From: an uncultured Nitrososphaerales archaeon
GTDB lineage: Archaea; Thermoproteota; Nitrososphaeria; Nitrososphaerales; Nitrososphaeraceae
Assembly (NCBI GenBank): GCA_963841565.1
Contig: CAWJCY010000001.1
Location: forward strand, 1-64,000
Length of the DNA stretch: 64,000 bases
Direction of reading: 5' to 3'
Shown here in pieces: positions 9,174 through 16,937 of this stretch; position 1 is the first letter of the stretch; the number at the start of each line of letters is the position of its first letter. A model generated the notes under the pieces. It saw nothing but the letters and a program-made list of their open reading frames with translations. It made no database searches and had not been told where the DNA came from. The position numbers and the translations under genes are program-made.

Positions 9174-10107
9174 CTATTCGCCTCCAGACCATTGATTGTG
9201 GTTATGATTATGATTTAGCTTCTGTTCAAGAGCAAATGTTAAGGTAGTCTTAGGATATTCTTGCCTTTCCAGCCTTATTCTAGTCTTGTGATCTTTCATA
9301 GTTTTGCTGTAGACGCGAAGTAATAGCATCATGTGCTATCCCCCAAGTTGTAAAGAATTTTTCGCCAGTATACTCTACAGAAGCATCAGCACCGAAGTGC
9401 CACATGGTCACAATCCACTCCATGTAATCAGGAATCTTATTGACGGTACTCGACTTAGCACTATCTTGCGAAACTAGTGTTGAGAGTCTTTCTCTTACAA
9501 CGGCAAGGGCATTGGTAAGCCGTATAATGCCTACAACGTCAACAGCAATAGGACTATAAGAGCAGCCTACGATAACACTGACTGTATCTGTCTTGTGTAT
9601 GACAGCCTTCACATCAAGATTCTCTATCTGCCATAGTGGTAGAGAGATGTCTTTGCTAGTGGGATTGATATCATGGTAATAAATCTCATTATTTGCAGCA
9701 TATGACAAAATAGCATTGTATATGTTCGGAACATGAAACTTGAGTCTGATATCATGAACTGAATTTTTGTCTAATGGTAAGTCTATGATAATTCGATAGA
9801 TAGGACTGTTACTGAGTTGAGGCATTGTATTACACGGAATAGCCCCCATATGGTGACGTGTCATTCTGTTCCTATCACCAAAGGTTACATCCGCGAGCGT
9901 ATAGAACGTAAGATTGGATTTGTAGGCTACCTTCACCATCCCTTCCTTCATCAACTTAGAAATTTTATTGCGAAATGTTCCATGCGTTACCTTGTAACAG
10001 ACGTCATCAACTTTGAAATTGAGGAAATCAATATACGAAAAAGGCCTATATTCACAGTGCACTATGTCATACATACGCATCAACACGGCGTTAGTTAGAT
10101 CGGTCAA
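9174..10107 (-). CDS. wHTH + Rep_trans-like rolling-circle replication initiator/relaxase (frameshift ~9325)
   Basis: N-terminal wHTH (GTFRNKISKLMKEGMV), then HDIRLKF and TMWHFGAD. Removing one base gives LRVYSKTMKDHKTRIRLERQE to a TAG at 9174, matching the Rep_trans RIYxK...RxE catalytic motifs. Confidence 0.6.
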
Positions 10108-10119
10108 TACTTGATCCCT

Positions 10120-10353
10120 CTATGAGTCTCCTTCCACACCTGTCATTGTCACTGACTTGTCACTGACTTTTTGTCCACCACTTGTGCTAAGATCCTTATG
10201 ATATTCTCTCACTGAAATACCATGTTCACATTTCTTACAGTTGCAAACGATCCTGTGATTGATATTCTTGTTAGTCCAGATACAAGGGCAAGTTTCACAA
10301 CTCGGGATGCATTCTTCAACAACGAGGTCTTGTATCTCTGGAATGTGTTCCAT
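10120..10353 (-). CDS. small Cys-rich, putative Zn-binding protein
   Basis: CETCPC...CNCKKCEH; start overlaps the stop of the upstream RHH gene. Confidence 0.6.
   Translation of the reverse strand: MEHIPEIQDLVVEECIPSCETCPCIWTNKNINHRIVCNCKKCEHGISVREYHKDLSTSGGQKVSDKSVTMTGVEGDS
10146..10167 (+). repeat. 11-bp tandem direct repeat (TTGTCACTGAC x2) with palindromic GTCAnTGAC core
   Basis: Read directly at 10146-10156 and 10157-10167, ~40 bp upstream of the rep-like start. Confidence 0.8.
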
Positions 10354-10478
10354 TAGTCTAGCTCCCTTTTTTGCTGTTCAAGTAGTTTCGAGATTAAAGC
10401 ATCCATTGTATCAGCCCATCTTGCTCTTTTAGTTAGTTCTTCATATGTGTGGTCTGATACTCTGATTAACTTCGTCAT
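10353..10478 (-). CDS. 41-aa ribbon-helix-helix (CopG/VapB-like) DNA-binding protein
   Basis: MTKLIRVSDHTYEELTKRARWADTMDALISKLLE strand-helix-helix pattern; first gene of the operon. Confidence 0.7.
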   Translation of the reverse strand: MTKLIRVSDHTYEELTKRARWADTMDALISKLLEQQKRELD

Positions 10479-10494
10479 TACAGTATATATTGTA
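10479..10494. promoter_or_regulatory. near-perfect palindrome TACAGTATATATTGTA, candidate operator in the divergent promoter
   Basis: 7 of 8 pairs are complementary. It abuts the RHH start codon and lies between divergent genes. Confidence 0.45.
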
Positions 10495-10526
10495 AACAGG
10501 TCTATTGATTTAGAGGAGGTCACTTT

Positions 10527-11651
10527 TTGGAAAAGAAGGTGCATGACTATGAAATTGATAAAGCCATTTGTAAGTTTCTTTTAAAATATGAGCGTAACAA
10601 TATGTCAAGGAGGAAAATGAAGCGGGTTGTAGAAAGTAGTAACTATCTAGGAAGAAAATTAGGGACTAGGTTATACGAATTTCATATCCAGAGGTTGATA
10701 GAGGCCGGATATATTGTTGAAAAGAAAGATGAATGGAAACGTGGAAAGAAATCGCCATTGCTCCTAACTAATAAAACTCGTGGACAATTAAGACTTAGCA
10801 ACTTGAACATCGAATTCAAGCAACGAGAACATCCCCAATTAAATTCATATACTAAATTGAAAAGATTTCATAACACAAAAGAAGATAGGTTCAAAAGTGA
10901 ATTAAAACGAAACAGGATATACTATATAATAATGCGTGTATTGTCCATCGAAACACCTAACAAACATTATAGATATTCGGGTTTATCAATTACAGATATT
11001 ACTAATGCAAGGTATGACGGCCATGCGTTCTACTCTCTTCGGCTTGAATACGATAGGGAAATGATTCAAGAGTGTCTTAACAACCTGAAGAGAGAAAAAA
11101 TTGTAAGTGAAATTAAGATACCAGTAGATGACGAATCACGGTATAAACTCGTCGGTCTTAGGTGGAAATCATTTGTGACCGAATGCGCTCAGTTGCTAGA
11201 AGATAGTGTATTGATGCGCCTTCACATTAAATGGAAGAATCTTAGACCTTGTAGTTCTCAGGAGAGAATTTGGTATGAATCATGTTGGGGTGATAGAGAC
11301 GCTAATGGACATTTGATTAGTGTCTATAAGCATTATAAAGAAAATCAGGAAAAATCTAACGAGCAATACAAGGAGCAGATTCTAGACCTTACAATGCACC
11401 TTGATTACAACATTAATCAAAGTCATAAAAATCTTGAATCAAAATACTCCGATTTAGCAAGAAGATGTTCTTCCGTTTATAATATGATAATAGAAACGAT
11501 ATACCCAGAGTTTCTTCGTTTGGAGATAGAGAAAACGCTCGATAACCGTAAAAATAAAGACATGAAATATCTAAAACTACAGTCTGCTCGTTTCGATGAC
11601 GTTCTAACATTCCATGATTCTGTTCAATCCATGACTTACGAAGTTGATTAG
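10527..11651 (+). CDS. basic, multi-wHTH putative regulator of the element
   Basis: YEFHIQRLIEAGYIVEKK and IQECLNNLKREKIVSEI...RYKL wHTH-like segments; divergent from the rep operon and convergent with the integrase. Confidence 0.55.
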   Translation: MEKKVHDYEIDKAICKFLLKYERNNMSRRKMKRVVESSNYLGRKLGTRLYEFHIQRLIEAGYIVEKKDEWKRGKKSPLLLTNKTRGQLRLSNLNIEFKQREHPQLNSYTKLKRFHNTKEDRFKSELKRNRIYYIIMRVLSIETPNKHYRYSGLSITDITNARYDGHAFYSLRLEYDREMIQECLNNLKREKIVSEIKIPVDDESRYKLVGLRWKSFVTECAQLLEDSVLMRLHIKWKNLRPCSSQERIWYESCWGDRDANGHLISVYKHYKENQEKSNEQYKEQILDLTMHLDYNINQSHKNLESKYSDLARRCSSVYNMIIETIYPEFLRLEIEKTLDNRKNKDMKYLKLQSARFDDVLTFHDSVQSMTYEVD

Positions 11652-11660
11652 TAACCAGAT

Positions 11661-13019
11661 TTATGCTTGATAAATTCCTTGCTCAATCAACCGTTTTGCT
11701 ATCTCTTGCTTACCCTCTGGCTGGTTTATAGAACCTAGAATTGTTAAGAGACTATGCATCTGTGACTGCATAGTGTTTAATCTCCCTTCAAGAGATCTAA
11801 ACTTTGCATTTTCCTGTTCCTTTATTTCTTCATATCCATCGGCGGTTAATGGATAACTGCATTTTGAACAGTATTCGCAATCTATTGCATTTATGAAAGT
11901 ACATCTATGACAAGAACAACTGAATTGGACTTTTTTGTAGTTCCAGATTTGAAATGATTCCATTTTCTAAAAGAATCTTTTCCTTCAAATTGTTACCCAT
12001 TCTTGCCTTGATATATCTAGAGGGTTGTTTTGAATTCATAGACCATCTGACTTTCTTCTTTAGAGCATAATCAGGAAGATAGTCAGAATCATGCGAGATA
12101 GAGGAATGTCTAAGGCAATAGGGATTGAATCGTTTTGTATTAATTAATAATTGTAGTCTTTCTCTTTCAGCATCATCAGTTATTGAACCAGTTTCGATTA
12201 ACCGTTTTATCCGCAATCGTAGTTGTTTCATCATAGTCCAAAGCGCTTCAGGTTTGATGGGTGCGCCATTATTTAGGCTACAGATTAGTCTTGCCTCTGG
12301 AGCTATTGCGAAAGGGATGTTCATTGAGCCAATCTCTAACATAAGGAAATGAAAAGGTTAGAAGAATCGGGCCAGAGCCTGTTTTTGCTTGATGAGGAAT
12401 TTCTCCTTCCCCATACCGTTCATTTAGTCTGATATGCTTTAGGCGCAGCAATGTGATTTCATGATTGCGCCCATTCAGATCCCAAAGGAGTGAGAGTATA
12501 GCCTTATTGCGCTTGTGGGGTTCATATTTGATAACTGTCTGAAGTTCCCTGATATCCCAGATCTCGTGTTCTCCGTACGGGCTTAATCTTTTTGTTTTCT
12601 TCTTCTTGATATTCACGAACTCCGGCGTACACCAATCAGTCGATGACGACGGTTGATCTTTCACCTGCTCAAAGCTACAATTATGTAACCACCTAAAAAA
12701 ATGCTTAATACGGACAAGATAGTCATTCCATGTCGTAATCCATCGTTGCTCAGGATCATTCAGAGTTGGATTTGATTTTCTTATCAAGAAATTTGATTAC
12801 TTGTTCTTTAGCGGAAATTTGATAGAAGGTTGTCCCATATCCTATGAACTCAGCAAATGCAATCACGGCTTTGAGGTTGTTATTCTGATGTCTTTCCGAG
12901 GTAGCATTACCTTTCATATAAGAATGGAAATCTTCAATTAACTTTGAATTCATAGAATTTGGCACTCTGTCGTAAATATGCCTGACCGTAGTGGAAAGCG
13001 TAGTGGGCATCAGCACCAT
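11661..13019 (-). CDS. tyrosine recombinase/integrase with C-terminal Zn ribbon (three +1 frameshifts)
   Basis: NGRNHEI (R), AKTG (K), PYCLRHS, VRWS and PSRY (Y) motifs, then CHRC...CSKC. Four ORF-track fragments each join by removing one base. Confidence 0.9.
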
Positions 13020-13102
13020 CTCCTTTCACGGCGGTTGTTCGTCATTGTGTATGTTATTAGTACATCTAAGGTCTTCAGAAGTATATGAACCCACGTAGTA
13101 GG

Positions 13103-13176
13103 TGGGCCCAAGGGGGTTTGAACCCCTGGCCGACCGGTTATGAGCCGGTCGCTCTACCAGGCTGAGCTATGGGCCC
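13103..13176 (-). tRNA. tRNA-Ile2 (CAU)
   Basis: GGGCCCATAGCTCAGCCTGGTAGAGCG ACCGG CT CAT AA CCGGT...GGGCCCA cloverleaf. The GGGCCC acceptor stem is typical of archaeal Ile rather than Met tRNAs. Confidence 0.9.
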
Positions 13177-13236
13177 ACGAAAAATCCCTTAAGTGGTTCG
13201 ATATTAAAACGTTTGACTTAGTATCATTCCTGATAG

Positions 13237-13908
13237 CTAATTTCTGATTGAAAGGTAGGTATCACATACACCGTCTAAAATCATGTTTTGGCATTTTAAA
13301 GATATTGAGGCTGCGTCCAATATAGTTTCATGTTGAGAGCCAGGCATCAGTTCCAGAAGAGAACGCCAGAGTTCTGCATGCTCGATGTCGACTTTTTCAT
13401 GTATTCTGAAATAATTTAGAGCGTTATCATTTCGAACACCATAAAATTTTACCAGGCCTTCAATCTTTTTCGTGCTTATCTCAGGCAGCTGCTTTTCATA
13501 CGCATAAAGTGTCGATATTCCAGTAGATAAAGATCCTCGAGTCAGCTCATTCATCCCCGCGATTGCATCTTGAGTCTTTTTGGAACATTCGTAATCATAG
13601 AGTTCATTTTGTATTACCCCGATCGATTCTGCAAAAGATACCCAGGGGGCGACGTGTACCTTCTCTTCCTCCAAATTATGCTTTATTGCGGTACTTAATG
13701 CATATTTTCTTTCTAACTCAGGTGTTACCTGTTTAAGCACATTACCAACGAGAGTAGGGACGGCTTTCACCAATTGAAAATATTCTTTGGAATACCCCCG
13801 CAAATCCTCCATCGAAAGTGATCCTGCTGACCACATTTGGTAGAACCTGTGCTTCAGTAAGCTCTTGTCCTGAATGTCAGCGTCCACGGAGTGTATTAAT
13901 AGCGACAC
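13237..13908 (-). CDS. CADD/PqqC-like heme-oxygenase-like dimetal protein (putative pABA synthase)
   Basis: LLKHRFY, NLEEE..H..W, LYAYE...KKIEGL..FYG, YFRIHEKVDIEH. Confidence 0.8.
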   Translation of the reverse strand: MSLLIHSVDADIQDKSLLKHRFYQMWSAGSLSMEDLRGYSKEYFQLVKAVPTLVGNVLKQVTPELERKYALSTAIKHNLEEEKVHVAPWVSFAESIGVIQNELYDYECSKKTQDAIAGMNELTRGSLSTGISTLYAYEKQLPEISTKKIEGLVKFYGVRNDNALNYFRIHEKVDIEHAELWRSLLELMPGSQHETILDAASISLKCQNMILDGVCDTYLSIRN

Positions 13909-14030
13909 ATTAAATGAATATTTAGGAACCTATAGAAAAACCTATCTTTATTTGCGGCGTTAAACGCACAATCGCTGCTCCGTAGACCTCAAAATCAACT
14001 AATATCATTAATTGGCAGTCCAAGAAAGGA

Positions 14031-14038
14031 TTTTATTG
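14031..14038 (+). promoter_or_regulatory. TATA box (with upstream purine-rich BRE) of tRNA-Glu
   Basis: AAGAAAGGA-TTTTATTG ~25 bp before the tRNA 5' end. Confidence 0.55.
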
Positions 14039-14062
14039 GAAACCACAAATCAAGTCTTACGT

Positions 14063-14169
14063 GCTCCGGTGGTGTAGAAATTGGCTATTATCAAAAGCCA
14101 GTGCACAATCCGGTCAAGCATTGTGGCCTTTCGAGTCGCAGATCCCGGGTTCAAATCCCGGCCGGAGCA
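14063..14169 (+). tRNA. tRNA-Glu (UUC) with a 31-nt intron at position 15/16 (14078..14108)
   Basis: Removing 14078-14108 gives a canonical cloverleaf with anticodon arm GTGGC-CT TTC GA-GTCGC. The junctions form a BHB-like motif (GTGT/GCAC helix, AGA and AAT bulges). Confidence 0.9.
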
Positions 14170-14248
14170 CACCTTCCAATTTGGGAAATTATGTAAAAAG
14201 CATTAATAACCGAACTGATGCATTGGGTACCTAGGCACTGATTTAGGA

Positions 14249-15119
14249 TTGAGTAAGAGAAACCAAGGCGCAGATCCGGTCCTAGCATTGGTCGGAGACT
14301 ACCTATCAAAGATTGACAACTCGTTAATGAGCGAGTTAGGCAGATACTCATGGTCAGAATTCTATGGGCCACTGATTTATGCATGTGAAGGAGGAAAGAG
14401 AATTAGGCCATTGATCCTATTATTGGCTGCCGAAAGTATCAAGATTTCAATGCGAGATAATTCAAACTTAACCGAAGATATTTTTTTGGCGGCATCAGCA
14501 ATAGAACTCTTACACACAGAGTCAGTCATTCATGACGATATAATTGATCAGGAAAACTTACGTAGAGGAAAACCATCTTTTTATGTCAAGTACGGATATA
14601 ACAGGCAGCATCCTGACCGCGGATTTTGTACTGGGTATAATCCTTAACATCGGGTCAAAAATCAATAATCCAACTGTTTCAGGCGAATTGTCCAAAGCCG
14701 CGATCAAGATGTCAGAGGGTGAAATGATGGAAATCCAAATGGGAAAGAATCCAGATATTAGCATACGCGACTATATACAAGTATTGGAGAATAAGACTGC
14801 ATCCTTATTTGAAACATCTTCCAAGATAGGGGCTATACTTGGAGGAGGAACAGAAGATGAGATTCATTCGATGGCAGCGTTCGGACATTTGCTTGGAATC
14901 GCTTATCAAATTCATGATGATTTAGTTGATTGGAACAATGAAGACAGGCTTTTTAACGCATTGATAAGAAATAACAATACCTCTTCTGAGATCGTTACTG
15001 AAATGGAAGATCTCTATCATGATTATTCCAATAGGGCTAAAGACGAGCTTCGAAAGCTGCAAAATAGCCTTCCTAAAAGTTACCTAGAAAGGCTATCAAA
15101 TATGAGTGTCGTCTTTTAG
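14249..15119 (+). CDS. polyprenyl diphosphate synthase (frameshift ~14604)
   Basis: GGKRIRP, FARM VIHDDIID..LRRG, NKTASLF, SARM YQIHDDLVD. Confidence 0.88.
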
Positions 15120-15286
15120 TTCAGCGGTTCAATTGCAATAATTTCTGTCCCTCTTATTTCATTGCTCTAGCGTTGGGATCAACACACTAAGGATTTGAGA
15201 CTAATCTCGTAAAGAATTTGTCAAGTGCGAGTTACGAAATCAAGTCTTCTCAGAATGCTGGCCTCAAATCCTTTATAACATTTTAC

Positions 15287-16894
15287 CTAGCTGAAACTAG
15301 TCCCTGTTGAGTATGCAATGATAAAAGATGAGGACGTAACTGGAGGGAGTACTCCAGAGGAATTAACAATGCTTTCTCCGGTACCAGTCGAATTCGTGGA
15401 TATCAATGTCATTGTTTCCGCGAGATTGGGCACAGCTTCTGACGCGAATTCAAGGATTGGAGCATGCCAAATTCCAAATCCTACCATGAAAACAACACCG
15501 AAAATCAAAACTGCTACCATTGCCTTTGGCTCTTTTACACGACTCATATCAGGAGATTCTTCCATGTACATTTTTCGCATGATCCAGGCATAATAAGCGA
15601 GAGACAACGCGCTATTGAGGACACCTGCTATTGCGAGATATGGCCCCCATTCAACCAATGGACCACTATCTATTGCGGCTCCAAATAGCACCAGCTTGCT
15701 CCAGAATCCATTTAGAGGAGGAAGCCCTGCCAATGCCAATAATGAGATCGACAAGCATATGGCGGTGATCGGCATTCTCCTGCCAAGGCCCCTATATTTT
15801 TCCAGGCTATAACCTGCAAGAACAACTGCCACACAGGCGGCGGCAATGAACGCAGTGGATTTCATGACTGCATGATTCATAATGTGAAATAGCGATCCTG
15901 TGAGGCCTTCTTGAGAGTAGGGCGCCACGGCCATGCCTATCAGAATATAGCCTGCTTGTGCAATGCTTGAGTATGCAAGCATCCTGGTAACACTTTTTTG
16001 CATAATCGCCGCCAGATTGCCCAATGTCATCGTAAATACCGCTAATATCGCCAAAGTCACAGTCCAGTCGGTATTCAAGGCAAAAATCCCAAGAATAATG
16101 ACACGAATTGCTGCAGCAAATCCTGCCTTCTTTGTTCCGGCTGCTAGTAGAGCACTGATAGTGGTAGGTGATCCTTCATAGGTATCAGGTAGCCACATGT
16201 GAAATGGTACAAGACCCATCTTAAAGCCAAAACCAGCTATAAATAACCCTATAGCCAATAATCCGACCGGAACTAGTTCAGGTCCAAGTGTAGCAAATGT
16301 AGTAATGGCTACCCCGATATTTGTTGATCCCGTTATGCCGTACACTAATCCAATGGCAAACACAAGAATAGCTGAAGATAGCGCTCCAAACATGAAATAT
16401 TTGATAGCGGCCTCATTTGAAATGGGATCCCGCTTCGCAAAAGCGGCTAGTGCATAAGTAGGTATAGACATCAACTCCCATGCAACCAATAACATTACCA
16501 AATCTGTTGAATATCCAATGAGTACCATTCCGATACTTGATAGCAATAATAGCGAATAGTAAGCCGCAGGATTTGCCCTCCCTTTCATATAAGTCCAGGA
16601 TGAAGCAGCAACCACAATGGAGACAATGAGAAATGCGACTGCGAAAAATGACCCGAACATATCATCGGTGAGAACTTCATTACCAAATGCAACAGCTGGG
16701 AGGACTTCGCCACTCAAGACTCTAAAAATAACGATACCAATGGAAAGGACAAGCGCTCCAAAAGCAATCATGCTGTATATCTTGTTATTGTTGGCACCTC
16801 GCTCCTTCCTTAATGCGTCAATGACTGGAATGCCAAGTCCAACGGCAGCAAGTATAGTTGTTACCAGAATTGGTGTAGATAGTATTTCTACCAT
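15287..16894 (-). CDS. nuoN: complex I subunit N
   Basis: WELMS, EAAIKYF, FKMGLVPFHMWLPDTYEGSP, RMLAYSSIAQAGY. Confidence 0.95.
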   Translation of the reverse strand: MVEILSTPILVTTILAAVGLGIPVIDALRKERGANNNKIYSMIAFGALVLSIGIVIFRVLSGEVLPAVAFGNEVLTDDMFGSFFAVAFLIVSIVVAASSWTYMKGRANPAAYYSLLLLSSIGMVLIGYSTDLVMLLVAWELMSIPTYALAAFAKRDPISNEAAIKYFMFGALSSAILVFAIGLVYGITGSTNIGVAITTFATLGPELVPVGLLAIGLFIAGFGFKMGLVPFHMWLPDTYEGSPTTISALLAAGTKKAGFAAAIRVIILGIFALNTDWTVTLAILAVFTMTLGNLAAIMQKSVTRMLAYSSIAQAGYILIGMAVAPYSQEGLTGSLFHIMNHAVMKSTAFIAAACVAVVLAGYSLEKYRGLGRRMPITAICLSISLLALAGLPPLNGFWSKLVLFGAAIDSGPLVEWGPYLAIAGVLNSALSLAYYAWIMRKMYMEESPDMSRVKEPKAMVAVLIFGVVFMVGFGIWHAPILEFASEAVPNLAETMTLISTNSTGTGESIVNSSGVLPPVTSSSFIIAYSTGTSFS

Positions 16895-16937
16895 TTTCTT
16901 TCTGCTTGCCTCCTCTTCTTTCTCTCCCTACTCATCT

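Larger units (their letters stand above)
1..13102. mobile_element. tRNA-integrated mobile element (right arm only; left boundary outside the window)
   Basis: Tyrosine integrase starts ~80 bp from the 3' end of tRNA-Ile2. Only accessory genes lie to its left and housekeeping genes begin right of the tRNA. No second copy of the tRNA 3' end was seen in the window. Confidence 0.85.

Noticed and set aside
11661-13019. Programmed frameshifting or pseudogenisation of the integrase
   Set aside because: No common slippery motif, and identical +1 errors hit essential genes; assembly error is the simpler explanation.
1-13100. Second att site, or capsid, terminase or conjugation genes that would make this a provirus or ICE
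   Set aside because: No repeat of the tRNA 3' end and no recognisable virion or T4SS gene in the window, so the element class cannot be fixed.
13103-13176. tRNA-Met call from the CAT anticodon
   Set aside because: Acceptor stem GGGCCC matches archaeal tRNA-Ile; it lacks initiator features (A1:U72, three G:C pairs in the anticodon stem).
13237-13908. PQQ biosynthesis pathway (PqqC-like gene plus PqqD-like domain at 59 kb)
   Set aside because: The genes are 45 kb apart with no pqqA/B/E; the motifs fit CADD-type proteins, already known from this phylum.
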